A stretch of 64,000 bases of DNA from the NCBI GenBank assembly GCA_964469565.1, contig CAYXZD010000005.1:43463-107462 (forward strand), read 5' to 3'. The notes under the pieces were generated by a model. It was not told the DNA's origin, made no database searches, and saw only the letters and a list, made by a program, of their open reading frames with translations. Source of the DNA: an uncultured Planctomycetaceae bacterium. GTDB taxonomy: Bacteria; Planctomycetota; UBA1135; GCA-002686595. The first letter of the stretch is position 1. Every line of letters begins with the position of its first letter. A program made the translations under genes and the position numbers. This document shows positions 55,817-64,000 of this stretch, piece after piece.

Positions 55817-56596
55817 ATGATCGTCGACACCCACAGCCACCTATTCTGGAAAGACTTCGACGGTGACCGAGCCGAGGTCATCGAGCGCGCCCGATCGGCG
55901 GGAGTCGAGCAGATGCTTGTTGTTGGCACCGACAAAGCAACGTCGCAAGCGGCATGGGATCTTTGCCAAGGTGTTCCCCACTTGCACCCCACCGCAGGGA
56001 TTCACCCCCATGATGCGGAACAGATTGACGATCCAGAGGCCCGCAATCTGATTCGCAGTCTCTGCACACGACCTGATTGTGTGGCCGTGGGTGAAACGGG
56101 CTTGGACTTCTTCAAGGAATACTCTCCCCGTTCCGCTCAAGAGCGTGCCTTTCACTGGCACCTAGCCTTGGCCTGTGAGCTCGACAAGCCAGTCATTATT
56201 CACTGCCGTGATGCCCACGATGCCACGCTGGCTATGGTGCGCGAGTACCCAGCCATTCGTGGAGTCATGCATTGCTACACCATGGGCAATGAAGAGCTAC
56301 CCGAATACCTCGCCCAGGGGTTGTACATCTCGTTCTCGGGCATCGTGACGTTCAAGGGCAGCTCGGAGAATCGAGAAGCCGCTCTCAATGTGCCACTCGA
56401 CCGTATGCTGGTGGAAACCGATTGTCCGTTCCTCGCACCGCAGGGACATCGCGGCAAGCGCAATGAGCCCGCTTTTACGCGCGTGGTCCTTGAATCGATC
56501 GCACAACTGCGCGGGATCGATGTGGCCGACTTGGAACGAGCCACGACTGCCAATGCTTGTCGCCTGTTTGGGCTCAGTGCGCCCAATAACGCATGA
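55817..56596 (+). CDS. tatD: TatD-family metal-dependent hydrolase/DNase
   Basis: MIVDTHSHL (HxH), VAVGETGLDF, PVIIHCRDA, GVMHCYTG-like (GVMHCYTM), ISFSGIVTF, LVETDCPFLAP. Confidence 0.92.
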   Translation: MIVDTHSHLFWKDFDGDRAEVIERARSAGVEQMLVVGTDKATSQAAWDLCQGVPHLHPTAGIHPHDAEQIDDPEARNLIRSLCTRPDCVAVGETGLDFFKEYSPRSAQERAFHWHLALACELDKPVIIHCRDAHDATLAMVREYPAIRGVMHCYTMGNEELPEYLAQGLYISFSGIVTFKGSSENREAALNVPLDRMLVETDCPFLAPQGHRGKRNEPAFTRVVLESIAQLRGIDVADLERATTANACRLFGLSAPNNA

Positions 56597-56625
56597 GGGG
56601 CGCCGACCACATCGGTCGGCGCCCC
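56597..56625. terminator. Strong GC hairpin between the convergent tatD and pilin genes (possible bidirectional terminator)
   Basis: Perfect 12-bp stem GGGGCGCCGACC (56597-56608) / GGTCGGCGCCCC (56614-56625) with a 5-nt loop, starting immediately after the tatD stop. There is no clear U-tract on either side. Confidence 0.4.
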
Positions 56626-56650
56626 TCGTAGAGTCCTCTGGACGTTCGTT

Positions 56651-57391
56651 TTAGTTGCCGACGGCGGTCCAGACGTTGGTGTCCACGGCGGTCTTATTCA
56701 TGATGGCAAGACCGAGTTGATCACTCATGCTGGCAGTGTCGTAAGCTGCACTGTAGGCAGGAATACTCGTCGTACCCTCGTAGCTGAGCGCCTTGCAATC
56801 GGTTGCAATGATGTCTTGATCCTGGTTGATAAAGAAACACCGGTTGCCGGTCTTGCCCTGCTGAGAGGGCCAAGCGTAGGCGCACCAGTAGATCTCACAG
56901 TTCGCCGAATCTGGCGATCCTGCACCGACTGTCGCACCGCCACCAGCAGCCTCCTCGACACCAGCAATAGCTCCGGCTGCGGTCGCGGCAGGAAGGAAGA
57001 TTTTGAACATGTAGCCCTGGCGCTCAACGATGCTCGTAGCGACGTTGCCAAAAGGGGTCGCAAGGAAGGGGGGCGAGAGCACGCCGCCACTTAGGTCGGG
57101 AACGGCGCCAACACCACCCCAGGCACGCATGGCGTCCGCACCAGCGAGCTCGCCGAAGTAGCCGAATTCCCCGCCACCGTCAGCGTCGGTGTCGATGGAG
57201 CAAGACGCTTGGAATTGTTGTTGGGCACCAGCGATAGTACGCAGAGTCGCAACAGCGGCGTTCTCGTTAGCGGAGAGACGCGCACTCATCAGCTTGGGAA
57301 GGGCCACGGCGGCCACGATGGCAATGATGGCCACCACGATCATCAACTCGATCAGGGTGAAACCAGACTGGCGGTTGGTACGAATAGTCAT
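56651..57391 (-). CDS. Type IV pilin / type II secretion pseudopilin-like protein with a prepilin N-terminal cleavage/methylation motif
   Basis: Start preferred at MTIRTNRQSG|FTLIELMIVVAIIAIVAAVALPKL (CAT 57389-57391). Gives a short basic leader, G-1, F+1, E+5 and a hydrophobic alpha1-N helix. 247 aa, large for a major pilin. Confidence 0.85.
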   Translation of the reverse strand: MTIRTNRQSGFTLIELMIVVAIIAIVAAVALPKLMSARLSANENAAVATLRTIAGAQQQFQASCSIDTDADGGGEFGYFGELAGADAMRAWGGVGAVPDLSGGVLSPPFLATPFGNVATSIVERQGYMFKIFLPAATAAGAIAGVEEAAGGGATVGAGSPDSANCEIYWCAYAWPSQQGKTGNRCFFINQDQDIIATDCKALSYEGTTSIPAYSAAYDTASMSDQLGLAIMNKTAVDTNVWTAVGN

Positions 57392-57646
57392 AGTGAATAG
57401 GGTCCTTAGAGACTTGGGCGGCCTCCCACAGGGGAGGTCAGGGGTGAGCCCTGAAGGGCCCTGTTGTTTTTGATGGGGTTGTTGAACAAGAGCACCCGTG
57501 AGGGGCTCCGGTTGAAAACGGCTCTGGATCCATCCCAGAGGCCTTGACACGTACTCTTGATCGACTTTTTGGCCACGATGCTTGAGCGCCCCTGCGCCCG
57601 AATGCATCTCCGTCTCACTTCGAGGCACCCTGCCCCCATGGGCTCT

Positions 57647-58876
57647 CTAGGGCCCGACGTTGCCAGCCATATCGAAGATTGGCATGAAAATGGCCATCAC
57701 CACGGTCCCTACGATGGCCCCCATGACTGTGATCAGGATGGGCTCGATCAAGCTGGTCAGGGCCTTGACCTGGGCCTTCACCTGGCCATCGTAGAAATCA
57801 GAGATTTTCTCGAGCAGCGTCTCGAGGGCACCCGTGCGCTCGCCAATGGCAATCATGCGGACCACCATGGGAGGGAATACGGGCTCACTGGCCAGGGGCT
57901 CGGAGAGCAGATTGCCGTCGCGCACACTGTCCCGGGACTTGGCCACAGCCCGGCTCATGATCAGGTTACCCGAAGTGTGGCCCACGATATCGAGGGTCGC
58001 CATGATGGGCACGCCCGAGCGGATGAGAGTCGAAAACGTGCGGCTGAAACGTGCCAGACAGACCTTCCTTACAAGTCCCCCAAAAATGGGTACCTGCAAG
58101 AGGACGCGATCAAAGAGGAAGGCCCCACGTTGGGTTCCCTTGACCAGCTTGAGTGATCCGAACACTGCAATCACAGTCAGTAGGACAACCGTTGCATTCT
58201 CTGCCAACATGTTGGAGAACGCCAACACGCCCAAGGTCAATGCCGGCAGCTTGGCATCCATCGTGGCAAAGACTTCCTTGAATGAGGGCACGACGCCCAT
58301 CATCAAGAACGCCGTGATGCCAAGGACGAGGACCATCGAGATGACCGGATAGGTCATGGCCGATCGGATTTCACGGGTCAGAGCATCCGACTCCTCTTGG
58401 TAGTCCGCCAGACGGTCGAGGATCAGATCCATCTGACCGGAGACCTCCCCAGCGCGCACCATATTGATGTACAAATGATTGAAGACCTGGCCACATCCCT
58501 CCATCGCCTGAGAGAGGTCCGAGCCACCTCGCAAGTCAGAGACCAAGCTCTCACAGCAGGCACGCATCCCCGGAGACTCAGCTTGAGCACCCAATACCTC
58601 AAGGGACTCAAGCAAACTCAGACCCGCCCCCACCATGGTGGCGAGCTGACGAGTGAACATGACCAACTCGCCCTTGCGAGCATAGATACGAGCCTTTCCA
58701 GACCTGAAGGGCATGTCAAAGCTAAGTGACTTGTGCCGCCCCGCTTCGTCGAGTTGCAAGACCGCAAGCTCCTTTGAGCGCAACTCAGCTAGGGCCTCGG
58801 CCTTGTTGGCAGCGCTGATTGTTCCTTCGACTCGGCCCCCACGGGCATCCTTGGCTGCGTACTTGAAGTGATTCAC
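57647..58876 (-). CDS. pilC: Type IV pilus / T2SS platform protein (PilC/GspF family)
   Basis: 409 aa with two T2SSF repeats (FTRQLATMVGAGLSLLESLE, FSRTFSTLIRSGVPIMATLD) and three TM segments. C-terminal ILITVMGAIVGTVVMAIFMPIF. Confidence 0.9.
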   Translation of the reverse strand: MNHFKYAAKDARGGRVEGTISAANKAEALAELRSKELAVLQLDEAGRHKSLSFDMPFRSGKARIYARKGELVMFTRQLATMVGAGLSLLESLEVLGAQAESPGMRACCESLVSDLRGGSDLSQAMEGCGQVFNHLYINMVRAGEVSGQMDLILDRLADYQEESDALTREIRSAMTYPVISMVLVLGITAFLMMGVVPSFKEVFATMDAKLPALTLGVLAFSNMLAENATVVLLTVIAVFGSLKLVKGTQRGAFLFDRVLLQVPIFGGLVRKVCLARFSRTFSTLIRSGVPIMATLDIVGHTSGNLIMSRAVAKSRDSVRDGNLLSEPLASEPVFPPMVVRMIAIGERTGALETLLEKISDFYDGQVKAQVKALTSLIEPILITVMGAIVGTVVMAIFMPIFDMAGNVGP

Positions 58877-58898
58877 GGGGAATTGGGCTAGGGGGTTT

Positions 58899-60605
58899 TC
58901 AGTCAGAGAGCGTTACACGCAGGACTTCCTCGATAGTGGTCACCCCGCGGGAGGCGTTGAGCATGCCCACACGACGCAGGGTCAGCATGCCCTCGGCCAC
59001 GGCCTGGGCCTTGATTTCGGCCTTCGATGCCGAATCGTTGATCATGCGCTTGAGGGTCGGGCTGACCCGCATAGTCTCAAAAATGGGGAAACGGCCGCGA
59101 TATCCCTGGTGACAGTGGCGGCAGCCGTCGACTTGGGCTTCATAGAATTCATTGGCGGGGCCAAGGTCCTCGGGACTGAGGCCCCAGGCGAGCAGGCGCT
59201 CCTCTGCAGGGGCCGCACAAGGAATGCGGCAGTGTGTGCACAGGCGTCGACCTAGGCGTTGGGCACACACACACAACACCGAACTGGAGACCATGAATGG
59301 ATCCACGCCCATGTCCGCCAAACGAGAAATGGTCCCTGGGGCATCGTTTGTGTGCAGGGTCGATAATACGAGGTGGCCGGTCAGAGCCGCCTTGACTGCG
59401 ATGTCTGCAGTTTCCTTGTCACGTATCTCGCCCAGCAAGACCACATCGGGGTCCTGACGCAGAATCGAACGCAAAGCGCCGGCAAAGGTCATTCCACGCT
59501 TGGGGTTGACCGGGACCTGATTGATCCCGTCCATCTGGAATTCAACCGGATCCTCCACCGTTGTCACGTTCACCTCATCCGACGCAACCGCCTGCACGCA
59601 CGAGTACAGTGTCGTGGACTTGCCAGACCCAGTGGGCCCAGTAACGAGCAGCATGCCATAGGGCGACTCGATGGCCTCGCGCACATCGGCCAAACACTTG
59701 GGTTCGTAGCCCATCCCATCCAAGGACATGCTCATGGAGCCAGCATCTAGGATTCTGATGACGCATTTTTCGCCCCCCACGACGGGCAGAATCGAGAGTC
59801 GACAGTCGATTGAGCGTCCCTCGAATCTGATCTGGAACTTTCCGTCCTGAGGCACCTGGCGCTCAGCGATATCCAGTTGGGCTAAGATCTTGAGCCGCGA
59901 AGTCAGGGCCGGGAGAATCGCCTTCGGCGGTGACATGACTGCCTTCATGCGTCCGTCAATTCGGTAGCGCACCCGCAGAGCCTTCTCCCCCGGTTCGATG
60001 TGAATGTCACTCGCTTTGGCCTTCAAGGCACGCAGTAACACTAGATTCGCTAGTTTTACGGCAGGCGCCTCTCCCTCTTCCCCAGAGCCCTGCCCTAAAT
60101 CCTGAGTTTCCTCCGCCTGTTCCTCAATGTGAACATCCTCCACACCGGAGACTTCCTCCATCATGTCGGCAACCTGCTGGGCTCCCTGATCGAAAGCCGC
60201 TTCTAGGGCAACGCCCAAAGCAGGTGCATGGCTGAAAACAGTGCGTACAAAACACCCGGTGGAACGCCGGATGTCGTCGAACAGGAGTACATCGAAGGGG
60301 TCCGCCACCGCCAAAGTCAGGACGTCTGCATTCTTGGTGAGGGGCAGGATTCTGCGCCGCTTACAGTCTTCTTCAGAGATGGCCGCAATCGCCTCTGAAT
60401 CGGGCTGAATCTCGAGGAGATTGACCGGCGCGATACCCGCCGCCGTACAAATCGTCTCTGCGATCAGATCCTCGTCCAACACTCCCTCTCTAACGAGATT
60501 CAACACCGGATCGGGCCCCTGACTCAGTGCATGGGCCCACTGCTCGCTAGTGACGAGGTCAGCCTTCAGGAACAGGCGCCTGATCTTGTTGGAGTGCAGG
60601 ACCAT
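58899..60605 (-). CDS. pilB: Type IV pilus assembly ATPase (PilB/GspE family)
   Basis: N-terminal T2SSE_N-like domain, Walker A GPTGSGKSTTLY, Asp box, Walker B DPDVVLLGEIRD, His box LTGHLVLSTLHTN, tetracysteine motif CTHC...CRHC. The start overlaps the pilT stop (TGATG at 60603-60607). Confidence 0.92.
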   Translation of the reverse strand: MVLHSNKIRRLFLKADLVTSEQWAHALSQGPDPVLNLVREGVLDEDLIAETICTAAGIAPVNLLEIQPDSEAIAAISEEDCKRRRILPLTKNADVLTLAVADPFDVLLFDDIRRSTGCFVRTVFSHAPALGVALEAAFDQGAQQVADMMEEVSGVEDVHIEEQAEETQDLGQGSGEEGEAPAVKLANLVLLRALKAKASDIHIEPGEKALRVRYRIDGRMKAVMSPPKAILPALTSRLKILAQLDIAERQVPQDGKFQIRFEGRSIDCRLSILPVVGGEKCVIRILDAGSMSMSLDGMGYEPKCLADVREAIESPYGMLLVTGPTGSGKSTTLYSCVQAVASDEVNVTTVEDPVEFQMDGINQVPVNPKRGMTFAGALRSILRQDPDVVLLGEIRDKETADIAVKAALTGHLVLSTLHTNDAPGTISRLADMGVDPFMVSSSVLCVCAQRLGRRLCTHCRIPCAAPAEERLLAWGLSPEDLGPANEFYEAQVDGCRHCHQGYRGRFPIFETMRVSPTLKRMINDSASKAEIKAQAVAEGMLTLRRVGMLNASRGVTTIEEVLRVTLSD

Positions 60606-61669
60606 CAGGCAGCCTTCACCGCTGAGTGCAGTTCATTTGGATCTGGACAAGCCAGTTCGGCGTCCGCAAGGGATATCTTCCCCGCAGCCACAAGATCGGC
60701 CAGCGACTGCGCCAGGGTGGTCATTCCCAAGCGGCCCCCCGTTTGGATTTGAGAGTAGATTTGGTGCGCCTTGCCATCGCGAATGAGGGCGCGCACGCCC
60801 GAGTTGGCCATGAGAATCTCTGCTGCTAAGTGACGACCCGAACCCGAAGCGCACTTCAGGAGCTTCTGACTAAAGACTGCCTGAAGTGTGAAAGACAGCA
60901 TGGTCCGCACCTGCGCCTGCTGATGGGAAGGAAAAACATCGATGATGCGGTTGAGCGTCTGGACCGCATCCGAAGTGTGCAAGGTCGCAAAGGTCAGGTG
61001 GCCCGTCTCTGCAAGGGTGAGAGCTGCTTCAATCGTCTCATGATCGCGCAACTCCCCGACGAGGACCACATCCGGATCCTGTCGCAACACAGAACGCAGG
61101 GCGCTCTTGAAACTGTGAGTATCTCCACCGATTTCACGCTGATTGACCAGGCAGTGCTTGTGCACATGAGTGAATTCAACAGGATCCTCAATGGTGACAA
61201 TGTGAGCTTGACGCGTCCCATTGATGTGATTGATCATCGAGGCTAGGGTGGTCGACTTGCCCGAGCCGGTGGCACCTGTGACCAACACCAGCCCTGCTTG
61301 CAGGGCGCAAATGCGTCGTACAGTCTCGATTGGAAGGCCGAGGGTCTCAAAGTCGGGCACTTCATTGGGAATCGAGCGCAGCACGCAGGCAGCTGCGCCC
61401 TGCTGGTGAAAGACATTGACCCGGAAGCGGCCGTAACCCTCCAAGCCAATAGAGCAGTCCAGCTCCAGTTCCGCGTCGAAGCGGGCCACCTGATCGGCGC
61501 ACAGGATACTCGTCGCCATCCGTCGGGTGTCCTCCGAGCTGAGGACACCACACTCCACAGGAAGTAGCTCCCCATCCACGCGAATGCGCGGCGGACTGCC
61601 TACCGAGACATGGAGGTCGGACCCTCCCTGGCGCACCATGAGCGCCAGCAGTTCTTCCATCGTGATCAT
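60605..61669 (-). CDS. pilT: Twitching-motility retraction ATPase PilT
   Basis: 354 aa. GGSDLHVSVGSPPRIRVDG, Walker A GATGSGKSTTLAS, HIVTIEDPVEF, QDPDVVLVGELRD, TGHLTFATLHT, and the PilT-specific AIRNLIRE-like ALIRDGKAHQIYS. Confidence 0.92.
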   Translation of the reverse strand: MITMEELLALMVRQGGSDLHVSVGSPPRIRVDGELLPVECGVLSSEDTRRMATSILCADQVARFDAELELDCSIGLEGYGRFRVNVFHQQGAAACVLRSIPNEVPDFETLGLPIETVRRICALQAGLVLVTGATGSGKSTTLASMINHINGTRQAHIVTIEDPVEFTHVHKHCLVNQREIGGDTHSFKSALRSVLRQDPDVVLVGELRDHETIEAALTLAETGHLTFATLHTSDAVQTLNRIIDVFPSHQQAQVRTMLSFTLQAVFSQKLLKCASGSGRHLAAEILMANSGVRALIRDGKAHQIYSQIQTGGRLGMTTLAQSLADLVAAGKISLADAELACPDPNELHSAVKAA

Positions 61670-61803
61670 GATCGAGATACCCCTTGAGTGCGGTGCTCCC
61701 CTTACGGACTTGCCAGGCGAGGAGCGCTCATCAGTGATCGGCCGATCAACTAGGGCGACCTGAGCCCTGACCTAGCCCAGGCGGGTGCGAACGGCCTATC
61801 CAT

Positions 61804-61847
61804 CAAAAGAAGCAGCCCCCCTGTCTCCACTTGAGGCAGGGGGGCTG
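61804..61847 (-). terminator. Rho-independent terminator downstream of the EF-G-like gene
   Basis: Perfect 11-bp stem CAGCCCCCCTG (61813-61823) / CAGGGGGGCTG (61837-61847) with a 13-nt loop. On the minus strand it is followed by CTTCTTTTG (plus-strand caaaagaag, 61804-61812). Confidence 0.75.
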
Positions 61848-61909
61848 TTGCATGCTCACTCCGGGGTCCGATCCCCGGCGGCTTAGGGCAGCTCTAGAGA
61901 GGGGTGTGG

Positions 61910-63916
61910 CTAGTCCTCGTGATGCTTGGCCTCAGCCGCCAACACCCTGGCCTGCTCAGCGGCCGGCATCGGGGAGAAGCGGGCGAACTCCATGGAATAC
62001 GAGCCCTCTCCTGCGGTCTGGGACTTCAAATCTCGGTGGTAGGTCTGCACCAGGGACAAAGGCGCCTCTGCCACAATCACCGTGATCTTTCCGTCCTCCT
62101 CATTGGACTGGTCGAGGACGTGGCCGCGGCGCTGACTCGTCAAGTCACTAAAAATCGTGCCAGCGTCGTCCGTCGGCACGTGGATCTCTAGCTTCATCAC
62201 GGGCTCGAGCAGAACGGGCTTGGCAGCTTCAAATCCAGTGCGAAATGCCCTAGCCCCTGCTGCCCGGAAACTGCCCTCATCCGAATCAACCGCATGGAAC
62301 TTGCCGTCGTACACCTCAGCCTCCACGTCAACCACCTTGCCATTGGTCAAGATTCCGTCCGCGCAGATGTCCACAATGCCCTTCTCCACGGCGGGGATCA
62401 GGTTTCGCGGAATCGATCCACCCACCACAGAATCCTTGAACACTACGCCGCTACCTGAGGGGAGGGGCTTCAGGCGCAGGTAGCACTCACCAAACTGCCC
62501 CCGCCCCCCGCTCTGTTTCTTATGGCGGTGGTGGCCTTCCGCTGGCTTGCTGATCGTCTCACGGAACGCGATTTTGGGCGCGGAGGTCTCAACCTCTACC
62601 CCATACCGGCGCTTCATGCGGTCAAACAGAAGCTGCAAATGCAGGTCGCTCATCCCGTAGACCACCACCTCGTGTGTGTCCTTGTCGTGATCCACGCGCA
62701 CGGTCACATCCTCACTCGTCAGCTTATTGAGTGACTCCCCAATCTTCTGCTCATCGGCACGTGATTTTGGAAGAACCGCCAATCCAACCATCGGAGTCGG
62801 TGGAGTCGGCACGGGGACATGAACGACTTCCTCGTTGGGATGGGAAAACAGGGCCCAGACTCCAAGGCCCTCAACCTTCGAGAAGGCCACAACATCGCCA
62901 GGTCCCGCTGACTCCACCGTCTCGTGATTCTTGCCCACCATGCGGAAGAGGCCGCCTAGCTTCTCACCCTTGCCGCCGTCGACTCCGCAGACGGATTCTC
63001 CCGCCTTCAGAGTCCCCCGGTGAATGCGCACAAGGCAGATCTTTCCCACGTGCGGGTCGCTGGCCACACTGAACACCGTGCCGGCCAACGGAGCAGATGG
63101 GTCCGGGCTAATGACCTCCCCGTCAGTATCGAGGGTGGGCAAGCACTCGGGGCTGGGCGAGAATCGTCGCAAATACTCGAGTACGCGGTCCACGGCGAGG
63201 CCGCTCTCGGGATTGCAGACTAGGACGGGCACCAGATTGCCAGATGCGATAGCTCGCGGCATGTGCTCCTCCAACTGTTCCTCGGTCAGCTCTTGGCTTT
63301 CGATGTACTCCATCAGGAGGTCTTCATCCTCACAGCCATCCATCACACGATCCTTCAGGCGCGCCGACCATTCACTCTCGGGGTTGAGGATGGCCCGGCT
63401 CACACTCGAAAAGCCAGCACCACTCGCATCAGGTAAGAGCACGGGCACACACTCGTGCCCGACACCCTCCCGCAATTCGGCAATCGTCGTCTCAAAGTCT
63501 GCGTTCTCTCCATCGAGGTGGGTCAAAATGATCGCCCGCCCACGGCCCATCGCTAGGGCCTGCTTCATCTTGGTCCGCAGATTGTAGGTCGCCCCACTTG
63601 TGCAGCTGACAACCCCTACCACGAGGTCTGCGCTAAACATGGCAGACTGCACCTCAGCCACAAACTCCGGGTAGCCGGGAGTGTCCATCAAGGTCCATGT
63701 ACAATCCTTGTGCTGAGCCCATACCGCTGACATATGTAGGGTGTGCTGTTTGTCTTGCTCCTCGGGCTCGGTGTCACAAATGCTCGTCTTGTCCGCGACC
63801 GAGCCCTTCCGTGCAGAGGCACCCATCAGGTGAGCAAAGGCGTCGACAAGGGTGGTCTTTCCCGATGAGGGGTGGCCCACGAAAGCAATATTGCGGAGGG
63901 ATTTCAGCTCGGTCAT
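61910..63916 (-). CDS. Elongation factor G paralogue (EF-G-like translational GTPase) with divergent G motifs
   Basis: Start preferred at MTELKSLRNIAFVGHPSSGKTTL (CAT 63914-63916). G1 GHPSSGKTT, G3 DTPGYPEF, G4 position reads THLD rather than NKxD. The domain II-V pattern is conserved (GKICLVRIHRGTLKAG, VAFRETI, HKKQSGGRGQFG, GGSIPRNLIPAVEKG, DGKFHAVDS, LLEPVMKLEI). Confidence 0.85.
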   Translation of the reverse strand: MTELKSLRNIAFVGHPSSGKTTLVDAFAHLMGASARKGSVADKTSICDTEPEEQDKQHTLHMSAVWAQHKDCTWTLMDTPGYPEFVAEVQSAMFSADLVVGVVSCTSGATYNLRTKMKQALAMGRGRAIILTHLDGENADFETTIAELREGVGHECVPVLLPDASGAGFSSVSRAILNPESEWSARLKDRVMDGCEDEDLLMEYIESQELTEEQLEEHMPRAIASGNLVPVLVCNPESGLAVDRVLEYLRRFSPSPECLPTLDTDGEVISPDPSAPLAGTVFSVASDPHVGKICLVRIHRGTLKAGESVCGVDGGKGEKLGGLFRMVGKNHETVESAGPGDVVAFSKVEGLGVWALFSHPNEEVVHVPVPTPPTPMVGLAVLPKSRADEQKIGESLNKLTSEDVTVRVDHDKDTHEVVVYGMSDLHLQLLFDRMKRRYGVEVETSAPKIAFRETISKPAEGHHRHKKQSGGRGQFGECYLRLKPLPSGSGVVFKDSVVGGSIPRNLIPAVEKGIVDICADGILTNGKVVDVEAEVYDGKFHAVDSDEGSFRAAGARAFRTGFEAAKPVLLEPVMKLEIHVPTDDAGTIFSDLTSQRRGHVLDQSNEEDGKITVIVAEAPLSLVQTYHRDLKSQTAGEGSYSMEFARFSPMPAAEQARVLAAEAKHHED

Positions 63917-64000
63917 GGAGTTTGGCAGGGGGTCTGGGGGTGAGAGAGGATGGCAAGGAGCGCCATCAGAACTACACACATCGTACTCCTACACACCCAA

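Noticed and set aside
57570-57585. TGGCCACGATGCTTGA, considered as a sigma-54 -24/-12 promoter for the pilin gene
   Set aside because: It is on the plus strand, while the pilin is on the minus strand. The GG-to-GC spacing does not fit TGGCAC-N5-TTGC, and the -12 element reads TTGA. I found no convincing sigma-54 element on the minus strand by eye.
1-64000. Evidence that any part of the window is a mobile element, prophage, genomic island or known defence system
   Set aside because: I recognised no integrase, transposase, recombinase, phage structural gene, tRNA attachment site or flanking direct repeats. I also saw no restriction-modification, Cas, toxin-antitoxin, reverse-transcriptase or STAND/NTPase defence-type genes among the ORFs.

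Overview
GC-rich, densely coded 64 kb chromosomal segment from a diderm (TolC-bearing) environmental bacterium. Frequent lipobox signal peptides, weak Shine-Dalgarno use and the pilin type are compatible with a PVC-group or related lineage, but the phylum cannot be fixed from sequence alone. I support about 46 protein genes and found no rRNA, tRNA, CRISPR array, transposase, integrase or prophage signature.

Gene content in order:
- Two divergently arranged Opp/Dpp-type peptide ABC importers (1-9479).
- crcB, an orphan ATP-grasp gene, and a secreted glycan-processing trio: a GH99-like enzyme, a CRTAC1/ASPIC-UnbV protein and a beta-helix protein.
- ridA-coaD, comEC, and HEAT-repeat and secreted hypothetical proteins.
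- A PaaZ/BoxD-type aldehyde dehydrogenase and murQ.
- An uncharacterised three-gene module (sigma-region-4-like HTH protein, coupled partner, His-rich mini-lipoprotein), followed by comM.
- A 13.8 kb single-strand block (30938-44715): cutA, DASS symporter, sulfatase-like protein, two large polytopic membrane proteins, a secreted protein and tolC-hlyD-ABC(MacB type).
- Proline dehydrogenase, a metallophosphoesterase and an amidohydrolase.
- Two tandem paralogous glycine-rich lipoproteins of more than 1000 aa with no family I recognise.
- tatD, a compact type IV pilus set (pilin-pilC-pilB-pilT) and an EF-G paralogue with a degenerate G4 motif.

Best candidates for something undescribed:
- The HTH / partner / His-rich peptide module (26992-28938).
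- The twin giant lipoprotein locus, which carries a cluster of homopolymer tracts (47817-54843).
- The co-directional envelope block, which may both build and export a surface molecule (30938-44715).
- An intrinsic-terminator-like hairpin in the crcB leader that has no canonical fluoride riboswitch.

All functional calls rest on motif recognition by eye. No database search was run.
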